DNA of 64,000 bases, taken from NCBI RefSeq assembly GCF_009914755.1, contig NC_060947.1; one strand, 5' to 3'. Shown here piece by piece: positions 51,969 to 64,000 of the stretch. Below the pieces are notes generated by a model. The model was not told the DNA's origin and did no database searches. It worked only from the letters and a program-made list of their open reading frames with translations. This stretch comes from the human T2T-CHM13v2.0 reference genome, Homo sapiens. Numbering within the stretch: position 1 is the first letter of the stretch; each line of letters begins with the position of its first letter. The translations under genes and the position numbers were made by a program.

Positions 51969-53059
51969 AATATATATCAACCTCAGAGACCTTAATAAAT
52001 GACCCATTAGGGAAAAATTAATATCATTGGATGAGTCAAATATATTAATTATTGGTGCCACAGGCAGAGTAACCTTCCTTCTTGCCACCATGGCAAATGC
52101 TGCTAATCTTTTCAGTGTCCACAGGCAACATCTGTAGCCCTCTGAATATTAGATGATGCATGCCTTTCACTGGGATGGGAATAATTAACACCCTGGTATT
52201 GTAACCTGCTATGAACCTTATTAGAGTACTAATTCAGTACTTCTCAAACTTTCATGCACCTGAATCACTTGGAGAACTTGTTAGGGGGCTGGGATGGGGC
52301 CTGAGATTCTGCATTTCTTTTAAGCTCCTAGTTGATATCTGTGTTCCTGGTCTGAGGACCAAGTGTTAAGTGACAGGATGCGAAACACTTTTGAACCCCT
52401 GCTTTTGTAAGGTCGCCTGTCTGACAAACTAGCAAGTGGGACAGTGGTATAACCCTTTACCAGAAGCTTAGCCCACTCACCCAAAGTGGTCATTGCCTGT
52501 GTCTCTACTCAGTAAAAACATTCAGCTGACACTAGGGATACTATTCGTGTTGGAAACCACTCCTTTTATGTCTATATACTTTAAGATATTTTTACCTTGG
52601 GCATGAAAAATGTCAAATTTATTTCCATCAGAAAATGCTGTTTGGTGGGGGAAGAGTTGTCATGAGTAGCATATTGTGGGTAATTGCATAGCATAATATC
52701 AGAGAAAAGCCCCCAAATACTAAGGAAAGATAAAAGATGCAGCCTCTGTGATATGCCACTTAATGATGTCCTCAGAAAGCCACAGCTTTCCCTTGTAAAT
52801 TTCAACTTATGATCAATGATCAGTTGTGCATGGGATGAGTACTGCTTTAATAAAATGATAATTTCATTGCTTCCTTTGGTCTTGGGTGAAACTCGAGTGA
52901 CGAGATATTATTGAGTCTGTGTGCAGTCATGGCTCATTGTGGATACTTAGCATGCTTCTATTCTCAAGGAGCACATTACAGTAAACTAACAAGAATTATT
53001 TTAAATAATGAAATCTACCCAGATCTGAGGGCAAATGCTAGATTCCTTTCCTGGATAAA

Positions 53060-53525
53060 TGTCAGTTAGCAATGCTTTTAGCTGCAAATGATAGAAAATA
53101 TGACTTACAGTGCCTTAAAATAGGGTTATTTTTCTAATACATAAAAAAGTCTGGAAGTTGGTGGCTGCTAGCAAATGAGTTCAATGAGTTGGTGATGTCA
53201 AGGCCAGTGTCTCTGGACTTCATTGCCTTTTTTGCCTTATGGTTGCAGATAATGTGTGGAAGCTCCAGATACCATGTCTATGTTCAAGGCAGGAAGAAGA
53301 GTGAAGTCTGTACCAGATATGTCTGAACTTATCAGGGAAACGAAAGCTATCCAATAAATCTCCAGCAAATTTCTTTTTATGTCTATTGAGCAGAACTGTT
53401 ACATGGCCATGTAAGGGAATCTGGAAAGCTTGCATTTATCTGGCCTACCTTGAAAAATATTGGGGTCCTATTAGCAAGAAAGAAGGGAGAGATTGCTACT
53501 GGGTAGGCAACAAACTGGTGCCATG
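53060..53525 (-). mobile_element. MLT1J-like MaLR LTR
   Basis: gtcagttagcaatgcttttagctgc ... tgtttgttcaaggcaggaagaag-like ... gggtaggcaac. Confidence 0.6.
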
Positions 53526-55974
53526 CCAAAAGTAGCTAGAAGTAAAATTTCCCCGCCTGATGTGATTAAACTTCGTTCTTAGCAGAATGCAATGATCATT
53601 TCTAGGAAAAAGAGTGAGTGTATTGGGGCAGGTTGGGAGTTTTGGTAGAGAGAAGAAGCAAAGGTCAAACAGTATTTTGACATCCAAACTCCACTCCCTC
53701 CCAGTGAGAAATTATACATATATATATAGTTTTGAAGTAACAAACTATACCTGAATTCAAAAGGAAAGGCAAACAGACATCATGTTATGCATGCAAAGCA
53801 GTTTGCAAATTCAACAACAGAATTTCTAAAGTCATAATTATGGCAGCTCCCCTTATTCTGCAGTCTTTTTAGAAAGTTCAAGTATTAAACAGCTTGTGTT
53901 GTCAGCTTAATGAATCTCTAATGATTTTGAAAGAAAACTCTGTACCATTAATTATCATTAGAATGCCTCTTGGGACACTTCAAGATTCCATTTTTGATAA
54001 GAAGCAACCCATAAGGTCTTTTCCTAAAGAATGAAGCAGCGTAAAACATGAACATCTTGGGGTATAGTTCTTTAAAAAATTTTCTTTAGACATTGATTAT
54101 TTGAATAATAAATATTTCTCTAATGATGTTAGTATATATTTGTTTTTGATTTTTTAGTCAATGTTCTGCATGAGCTAAAGTTAATTAGATTTGATTGGAG
54201 TAGGATTTTATACATAGATGAGCCTGGGTAACTGTTTTTGTCCCCTTTTTCATTTAATCTTATTAAAATAATTTAATCACTAGGAGGTAACTCTTCTTTT
54301 GAAATTGAGGAAAAATGCAATTTTGGTTGGAGGGGTGATTTTTTTTCTCTTAATTAAAAACAGCATGTACAGTCAAAATCAGTCTTTTCAACTTGGTTTT
54401 GTAACATTTTGAAGGTGATTGCCTTGTTTAATCCTTTCTCTGTGCTTTCTGTTTCTGAATTAGCTCATACAGTTTTTATCTGTAGTCTAGTCACCGGATA
54501 AAAAGGAATGATTTCTGTGTTGTGTAGATTTTAGAATTTGGGGAGAAAAGTGAGATAAAAGACAAACTTTAATTTAGTTTCACTGATCTAAAGGAAATAG
54601 AAGTGTTTTACAGATTCCTATAGGAAGTCTGGCAGGGAATGTCAATTGTGAAAAGATATAGGTGGGCCATTTTCGATAGATCTTGAATCAAGAGATTAGT
54701 TCTTACTAGAGAATCACTTTCCTGCTTCCAAAAGAAAATGTGAAATAACTTGTGCCAGGATCTAAAAGATGAGCAGGGTCCTAGTGGGACAATGTGGTAG
54801 AGATATCAGAAACTAGATTTTCCAGGAGTTTTATGCATGCCTCAGAGTGAATGAGCTGAATTGACAGACTAGGGGAGATGTGAACATTGAAGTGGAGTGC
54901 TGTATTCTAACTTCCCATTGGTTCCACTGCCCCTTTGTTGACATATTTGTAAGTACTACTCCCTCTTTTGTGTCTGTACAGAAGTTGGCACTTTGGGTCC
55001 TGAGCACTGCCAGTGCTGAGAGTTCTTTGAGAGCAGACCCGAAACCTCAAACCCGAAAGGGTAAGGAGTATATCCCGTCTTGTTTTCCACCATACTTGGT
55101 GTTCAATGAATTGATGAATGAATGAAGAACCCCACTGTGGTTCTTAGACTTGTGTTTGTATCTCATTTTAAGATCTACATTCTCATTGGCAAATCATGCC
55201 TACATTCCACTGTACTTTAGTCAACTTGTATTGAGAGACTACTTGGTGTGACTTTGAAAAATTATTGAAATATCTTGAACTTTTCTTTTCAGAGCACAAT
55301 GATTAGTGGGGATACCTTGTGCAGAAGAAAAGGGAAAAAAGGTGGCGGGGATAGGGAAAAAGAAAGAAGTGTTGAAGTTGATAGGCATGAGCACATTCAG
55401 GTTTAAATTAACTTTACAAGTTGCTGCTTAAGAAATATACCTAAAAAATGGGCAGCTCTGCTATTATTGGGAGACGAAAATATTATCTCACCTCTACAAA
55501 ATGAGGCTGCAATATTGAAACAATGCCAGCTTCCCTGCTGGGCAGCCTGCCGACATTTCACTTAGGCACTGAATTCTTTCTCAGCTACTCTGGCATCTGT
55601 GCCCTTCCTGCTGTTCCCCACTTTGCCAAAGGCTCAGCCTCCCTGAGCCATGTGAGAATCTGCCCTTTGTTGTACTTGAGCAGAGAATGTTCCCAACATT
55701 TCATTTGCTCTTCTCCTGGTGAGCTGGAGAGGAAGAGAGAAGCAGTGTGACAACTGTTGTACTCTCAAGCCAAAATGTCAGAGCTGTTCTGAAGCTAAGC
55801 ACCCCATCTTTGAAGTCATTGGCCTCCCTCCAAGTCTTTCTGGCTTTGAAATGGCAGTCAGATCTGCATTTGTCCTATGAGGTGCTGTAAGAGGTTCTGC
55901 AGTGGTTTTAGATTTGGAGCTCTTGTTATGAGTCATCTGGAGAACTTTTTCAGAGATATTCCACCTTGGGCACA

Positions 55975-56490
55975 TGTGTCAGTTATTACTGGTGCGTAAC
56001 AAACGACCTCAAAACTGAGTGGCTTAGGTTTTGTTTTATTATTATTGTTCGTATGTCTATAGGTCACCTGATAGTTCTGCTGAGCTGGGTCAGGCTTGGC
56101 TTATTTGGGTTGGGTTTGCACATGTGTCTGCAGTTAGGTGAAAAGTCAGCTAACACTGGCTGGCCTGGCACAGGCTCACTTATACGTTTTTCAGCTAGCC
56201 AGCTATTGACTGGTGTGACAGGGGTGGCTCAAAATCAAGAGCAGGGATGGAAGCATGCAAAGCCTCTTAAGTTTGGAAGTGTTGCACCGTCACTTCTGCA
56301 GCATTTGGTTGAACAAAGCAAGTCATGCAGCCAGTTCGAACAAAGCAAGTCATGTAGCCAGTTCAGTTGTGAAGGGTAGACAACTGGATTCCACTTTTTG
56401 ATGGAAGGAGCTACAAAGTAAAATAGCAAAAGTCATTGATGCAGAGAGGGAAAGACTTTGTGGCAGGCTTTGCAATTTTTCACAGCATGT
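55975..56490 (-). mobile_element. MLT1-type MaLR LTR
   Basis: tgtgtcagttattactggtgcgtaacaaacgacctcaaaactgagtggctta ... ccactttttgatggaaggagc. Confidence 0.7.
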
Positions 56491-57499
56491 GGTCTCAGAG
56501 GCAGCATGAAATGAGAGATGCATTGAGATGTGTGGATGTGTGTTCTTGGTTTCTACATTTCTGTGAAGTGTGAGATGTGTGTGCTGGAGAAGGGGAGGGG
56601 CAGATGCTGAGGAGTATTTCACACCCCTCTATCCCCTTTGTCGCCATCATCTTTCATTAGGGCTGCCACAAATAATCCCAGACAGCTTTCTTCACAGGTA
56701 TCATGGGCCATTTATCCTTACGCCTCCGAAGGGCCAATGTTAGGTATTAAACTGCAGATTGAGGCCACAGTGGATGTGGTATTATTCAGTTATGTGCTTT
56801 TGCTATTTGTTGTTCTTTTGAAAAGCAAAAAAAAGATGGGATAGTGATTATGCAACCCCATTATTAAGCTATTATATTGTTGCTTTTGATGTAGTTCCCA
56901 CCTTAAGACTGAAATACAATGACTCAACTTCTGAGATTTCCTTCTTAGACCAATGCAAGTATACAGCCCACTTAACAACAATGAAGGTCAGTGGTGCACA
57001 TCTTCGGTATATTCATCTCATCCCTGACTCCATTTTAGTTATCCTACTCTTATTTTGATTTCTTATTATCCTCATGATGGCCTACAGGACCCTAAAAGAT
57101 GAGCAACAGCCCTTCCTGGCATTACCTCCCTGACCTCATGTCCTACCTGTGTCCCCTAGGCTTCTACTGCTTCATACACACAGGCCTCCTTACTGTTCCT
57201 GAAACACAGGTACACTCCCCACTTAGGGCCTTTGCATGAGCTGTGCCCTCTGCCTAGAAAGCATCACCTGGCTGACATGCTCACCTCCTTCAGGTATTCA
57301 ATACAATGACACCTTTTTGACGAGACCTACATGGACCCTCTTATTTAATACAACACACTGCCACGCTCTCACCAAAACATCTCAGTCCTCCTCCCCTGCT
57401 CTGCATTTTCTTTTTTTCTGAACACTGATCACCTTCTAGTATACTAGACAGCTTGTTCATTTATAATATAAATTTTGTATTGTCTGAACCTCCTCTTCC

Positions 57500-58050
57500 T
57501 GTGTTTTGGAGATCCCCAAGACCACCCCAGGATCAGTGAGTCACTGGGAGAACTCAAAGGACTCATATGGTTATAGCCACAGTTATGGTTTATTACAGTG
57601 GAAGAACACAAAGCAATATCAGCAAAGGGAGAATTGAATGGATTGAAATACTGGGGAAACCAGCGCAGGCTTCCAAGGGTCCTCTCCCAGTGGACTCACA
57701 TAGGATGCACTTAATTCCCCTACCAATGGGTTATAACAATATACATGAAATGTTGTCTACCAGAGCATTCTATTAGAGACTCAGTATCCAAGGTTTTTAT
57801 TGGGGGGTGGTAACATAGGCACCCCCTGCCCAAAACATATCAAAATTCCAGACTCCCAGAAGGAAATTAGGTGTTCAGCATAAGTCACATTGTTTGCACA
57901 ATTTAGATGCAGTGAGCCAGTCTTACCAGTCCTGGGAATGGTCGTCCCAAAATTCAAGTTCCCAAATGCCAGCCAAGGACCAACCTTGCAAGCAGGCCTT
58001 TTTAAGAATAGCATTCCCAGTGCTGCTATGTTAACACATTTCTCTACACC
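57500..58050 (-). mobile_element. MER21-type LTR inserted in an L2 remnant
   Basis: ggagatccccaagaccacccc ... aaattccagactcccagaagg ... caagttcccaaatgccagccaaggaccaaccttgcaagcaggcc; L2 sequence resumes on both sides. Confidence 0.8.
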
Positions 58051-59828
58051 ATGCAGGAATATCAGCTCTTTGAGGACAGAAATCTTTTGTTTTGTTCCAT
58101 GATGCATCCCCTAAAACCAGTGCCTGGTAGGTGTGCAGTAAGTATTTGTTGAATGAATAGATGGAACCCAGACCCTTGAGTTAACTGTCTCTATAGCAGA
58201 AATACCACACAAAGGAGGAACAAACTCCTGATTTACCCCCACGAGGCTTTACCTGAACCAGCAGTCCCACGTACGTGTACTCCTACCCAGATGTCTCCGT
58301 GTCCAAGGAGCCTGAAACGAGCTCAGCTTCCACGCCCTAATCTGATCCTGATTATTTCACATGTAAGTCTATCTATTCAACAGTGTTTCAAACACTTTTG
58401 ATGGAATTATGCAGCATACAAGCTGGAAAAAATTCTTCTCCCTTAAGAGCCCATTTGCTTAGATGCAACATGTTCAGAATAACCTAGTTAGTTGCTTAGT
58501 GAGGGTCTAGTCCTCTTCATCTATTTTTTGTCTTCACCACATTTGTCTTTTGCCATCCACAGTGCCTAGCACTGTGCTAAATAAATGCAACATTGCCTTT
58601 AAACATTTCTTTGGACTGAAAACTGGCTTGGGGGGATCATTTGACTTTACCAGTGGCTGGTTTTGACATTTATGTCAGCAATTTCGCAGTTTCTTCTTCT
58701 AATGTTTATTTTTAAAGGCAAAAGTGCCAAGTTAAATGATTCCCCTCTCCCATAACATACATTTCCTTCTTCTCTTTCTACTTCCTGAACCATTTTTCAT
58801 TGTGGCTATGTAAGCTCTTCCATTTACCTAGTATCAGTGACTCTTTAGGTAAAAATCTCATTTTTCATTCTCTGTGCCATCAGTAATAGAAGGATTAAGC
58901 TAATTTCAAAGCTACTTGTGTCAGGATTTCATCCAATCTGGAAAGTCTATCTGTGTCATCACAGGTTTGCGTGTCACATTCTGAAGTTTGACAAATTGAT
59001 GGAATGAATCATTTGTTGAAATTCAACAAAGAGCACCCAGCCCGTGTTCTATTCTCTGCTTAAGATTAATCTCAGCTCAATATTACTGAATTGAATTTAT
59101 CAGCAGATAAAAAGAAATATTTTCAAAACAAATATCATAGTACCAGCTTAGAATATAAATCTTTCATAACATTTGTCATCAAAATTGTTTTAATATTATT
59201 GCAAGAATGTGTTGAAATATTCCTACCAATAGAATATGCTAGGTTGGCATCTTAATAACAACTCTAATGCTGAGTCATTTTGTATAGGGAGAATATTTTT
59301 ATGAATGGAAGAGGAATTATGAATCTATTCTTAGGTCAAATAAAAAATAATTGCACATCAAAATTCCTGGGCTGATCAGATGAATTAAGTTTCTGGCTAG
59401 CTGAGAAATGACAAATTCTGAGGGAGATAAACTGTCAGGGTGCATTTACCAGCAACTTTAACAAATGATTTGGTCTTGACAGAAATGTTTTAAATACAGC
59501 TTCTAGCTGTTTAAGGTATTTAGTCATTTTGACAAGACTGGGTTAGCCATTCCTGAAACTTTAAAAAATCTGACATGAAAAAAATGGAACCATATGCCAA
59601 GATATTACAGTACTTAGCTAGTGCTTCGGGGGGCAGTGACTTTGTTGCTTCCTAGAACTAGTAAAAGCCTTAAACAATTTGTTTCCCAGGTCCTTCATTT
59701 TATAGATGAGAAAACCAAAGTCCAGAGAGAGGGGCATACAGTAAACTAATAGCAGAACACAGAACAGAACTCAGGTCTTTTGGCTTTCAAGTCACTGTAT
59801 CATTGTAATTCAATTTTATGTTTTAAGG

Positions 59829-60014
59829 CAGTGGTTCTCACAATGCAGCAGGCATCAGAATCACCTGGAGGGCTTGCTAATACACAGATTGCTGGGCCCT
59901 ACCTCAGAGTTTCTGTTTCCATGGGTCTGGGATAGAGCCAGAGAATTTACATTTCTATCAAGTTCGCAAGGAATAGTGATGGTGTGGCTCCAGTGATCAC
60001 ACTGAGAACCACTG
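59829..60014. mobile_element. MER5A MITE
   Basis: Perfect TIRs cagtggttctca / tgagaaccactg. Confidence 0.85.
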
Positions 60015-61514
60015 GTCAAAGGGATAGGAGGGATAGGCGGGAAAATAAGAATAAATGTGGAATTTCCTGCAGAAGGGGAAATCTTTGATTGGAGCAAGTA
60101 TTTTACTAAGTATTAGTAATCAGGGAATGGAAGGGTCTGTTAGTAAGTTTACTTTTCCTATTGCCCTTGTAATTATTACTAGATAAGGTTTTTACTGTTG
60201 GCACAAATGCCTCAGGAATTTCTTGCCTGGCTCAGAATTATGACCCACTGGGGACAATGATTAATTGTAAATACTTCTTGAGAATCCAAATCCTCACTAA
60301 AAATTATCAAATTGCCTTTACTCATCTTGAATATTCACATTAACATAGGAAAAAAGAGAACCAGAAATGATGACTGAAAATGAACAAAATGGGTAATTGA
60401 GTTGACAAAGAGAATTAAACTTAAAACAAGAATTTGATTCCCTCCGATTTTGTTTGTCTGGGCCAGTTAACAAATTTATTGTCAGAAATGTGCTTTAAGT
60501 TTTCCTTGGTGCTACAGAATGGGAAGATTTCCTGATACTAAGATTAAGTCTAAAAAACAAATTCCCACTGAGAGTCTAAGCACATATTTTCATTAACATA
60601 CAGTTTATTTCCACTTATTTTCTGTTTTTATCTTTTGGTCAGTATTCATCAGCTAGTTACATTCAAGTAGATGCTTTACAATATATTGAGACAAAATTTT
60701 TAGGTAAATTGGTGATAACAGCCTTCCTTCCTGAAGTCTCCTTTCAGCAACCTTCCACCTGCTAAAAAGAAATCCATATTTGCCTACTTAGATGCCGTCT
60801 TTATTGTACCTTTCATCCTCCTAGAGAAGGAAAAAATATTCCTTGTTGATCTGGAGGCTAAACTAAGGTTTTGGGAGAAGGGGAGAATAAAACTTAAATG
60901 GCTTCTGGAGCTTGAGAAAGCACTGATGTGTAAAAGGTCCTGAAGCAGCTATGAGGGACAAAGGAGGTGGAGAATCGGGAAAGGGTATGAGGAAGTGTTA
61001 TTGTGGATTAAGAATGGATTTCTGTTATTGTACTTTGAAAGCCAAGTAAAGAAAGAGCTGCTTTTTAATTATCTGTAGATGCTAAAAGAGATACTGCACT
61101 GAGATTGGACCACATGGGTCCTTGAATTTATTAAGTTTACCCAAAGTACCTAAGACTCAATCTCTGCTCTAATAACATTTGTTTCTTAGGGGGAATCAAG
61201 GAAATCCATGGAAAATTAAGTTTCCAAGAAAACCAGAGTGGATGGGATAAAAAAAAACCCCTATATGTATAGTGACACACTATACATATCTATAAATTAA
61301 TAAATATTTACAGTCACATGAAAGCTCTTGCAGTTGGTGAGATGTGAAGCTTTCCCTATTGCTACAGCAGACTTAGAAAAGAGATAGGGGCATGCAGATT
61401 GAGGGGAGAACCTGAGAGTACAGGCTTCAAAAAGTGGAAAATATACTGTGACTTTAAAAAATATTGTTTTGGTAAAACCCTGAGTCAGCTTTCCATTATT
61501 GGGAAACCAAGAGG

Positions 61515-62023
61515 TATCAGTTATCTACTGCTGCCTAACAAACCACCTAAAAACTTAGTAGTTCAAAATAATGGCAATCATTTATTTTGCTAGAAAATAT
61601 GCAATTTGGATGGGATTTGGCAGGACAGTTTGTCTCTGCTCCTTCTGTTGTTAGCCGAGGGGCTCAACTTGGGGCTAGAGGAACCATTTTCAAGATGCTC
61701 ATTCACATGGGTGGCAAGTTGGTACTGGCTGTCTGCTGGGAATTCATCTGGGGTTAGAAGCCTTGGTTCTTCCCTGTATTGGCCTTTCCATGAACTGATT
61801 GGGCTTTTTCATTGCGTGGTTGCTGAATTAAGTGAGCATCCTAAGAGAATATAGCAAAAGTGCATGACATTTCATGACCTAGCCTTGGATATCATAAAAT
61901 GTCAGATAATCACACAGCAATCACAGTGGCCATTGAGGCTCAATGGGAAAGAGAGTGGCAAGGTGCTACAAAAACATGTGGATGGGCTTTTGTAGCCATT
62001 TTTGGATAATACAGTCTGCCACA
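61515..62023 (-). mobile_element. MLT1-type MaLR LTR
   Basis: tatcagttatctactgctgcctaacaaaccacctaaaaacttagt ... acagtctgccaca. Confidence 0.7.
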
Positions 62024-63239
62024 AAGGGGACCCTAAGGTATGTTCTATGTTTTCAATTAGTATTTACAACAGCCAAAGAGATGGCTCAGTGTTTCTCATC
62101 TTGCTCCTTTTTCTCCCTCTGTGCCCGTAGATAGAATGCTTGGCCCTTACTACAAGGCCAGTCCCAGATGCAACCCTGCTTTTCCCCCCATCTTTGTTCC
62201 TGAGGCCAATTTTGGCCACTTATAAACACTTCAGGTCACAGAGCTGAGAAGGAGACAGTCAAAAAAGAATTAAATAAGAGAAGCAGAAGTTGCAAATATT
62301 TATCAGTGGCCTTTCTAACCAACAGTGGCCCTCCCTGACACACTGAGAGATTCACCAAGATTAGAACTTCACCTATAGTAGCCACCACATTTATTATACT
62401 GTATATAGTCCTTATTTTAGTTTGGGTTCCCCCAAAGTACATCCCGAGACAAGGATTTGGGAGTAAGTAGTTTATTTGACAGGTGATCCCAGGAAACATA
62501 GTGAGGGAGTGCAAAGTGAGATTGGGCAGGGAGGAAAGCCAATAAAATGTGTGATAATAAGCAGGTTATCCCCATGAACAACTAGGGCTCGAGCCCATGG
62601 AGACTCTTGATGGATGGTGTAGAACACATCCAGAGTTGTCCCCTAGAAGGAATTAGGAAAGTAGAGTATTTATACACAAATCCCTGTCCCTCATTGGTTG
62701 GGGGCATTTGCTCTGACACTTGCAGCTTGTCCTATTCCAGCCCAAACACGCTCATGAAGCCAAACAAAGGCTTTAGGCAGATTGAACAAATCTTTCCATT
62801 ATCTTTCATATGATGCTTCTGGGCAGACCAAAACAGAAAGCAGAGTGCTGATTAGCCTTCTCTCCTCTTCTCCTCCAATGGGTGTCCTTATACCTTGGCC
62901 ATCTCCTCTGCTCCGTGGCTGTGGTGGGTTTTTTTTGATCCTCCATCCCAAGCTATGATTTGAGGTACCTTTGCTCCTTTATTATACTCCATCCTTGCCA
63001 CGAATGTAGGCATAGTCATCCTGTCATTTTAAACAAGGAGGATAGGGCCTGTGGTCCCCTTCTGGTGTGGAAAGTGTAAAGGTTCCCTGAATGGCTAGGG
63101 TCAAGGTAGCAACCAGTAGTTATAGAAAAAGGATACATAAGGGAAAGGAAAGGACTGATATAGACCAGTGTTTTTAAAGTGAAGCTCCCAGGCCGCCAGC
63201 ATAACTGGACTGCTTGATGTAAATCTACACCAAGAAGCA

Positions 63240-63455
63240 ACATACTGAGGAGCTTCAGAGCATAGGCGTTGGAGCCAGAGTGCCAGAGTTTGAATCTCTG
63301 AGCTACTTACTAGTTGCATGACCTTGGGAAATTACCTGAGCCTTCTGTGCCTCATTTTCCTTATCTGTAAAATGCACCTAGGTCATATGACTGTTTTGTG
63401 GATTAGGTGACATAGAATGTGAAATGAATGTATACTGCCTGGCAGTTTCTAATAA
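63240..63455 (+). mobile_element. MIR
   Basis: gaccttgggaaattacctgagccttctgtgcctcattttccttatctgtaaaatg core. Confidence 0.8.
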
Positions 63456-63462
63456 TGTACCT

Positions 63463-63847
<385 letters not shown>

Positions 63848-64000
63848 TAATCTATGAGAATGGAACCTGGAAATCTGCATTTCTAACCCCCCTTCCCCAT
63901 GTGATTTATATGTATCCTGAAGTTTGAACACCAGAGCTTCAAGCTGAGAGCCCAGGAGAGAGATCAGGTGATGTCAAGACAGGATTGTTTAACATAGTAA

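Overview
Primate (most likely human) genomic DNA: the 5' end of LANCL3 (LanC-like protein 3, X-linked in human). The only host coding sequence I can support is LANCL3 coding exon 1 (ATG 23427, GT donor at 24000) in a CpG island. The rest is upstream intergenic DNA and about 40 kb of intron 1, filled with ordinary repeats (Alu, L1, L2, MIR, MER61/MER57/MER21/MLT LTRs, MER5/Tigger-type DNA transposons); repeat names are from recognition of consensus sequences, not a database run. I found no new gene system. The most notable structure is a pair of inverted L1PA elements (12065-15694 + and 33347-39500 -) that bracket the promoter and exon 1. They were inserted independently (each has its own target-site duplication) yet share a 295-bp perfectly identical tract, many non-consensus substitutions and the same ORF2 nonsense mutation, pointing to gene conversion between them. 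The intronic L1 also carries an open, extended ORF0 with a phase-0 splice-donor-like site compatible with the downstream LANCL3 exon. Two short non-tandem local duplications are also visible (305 bp direct, 179 bp inverted).
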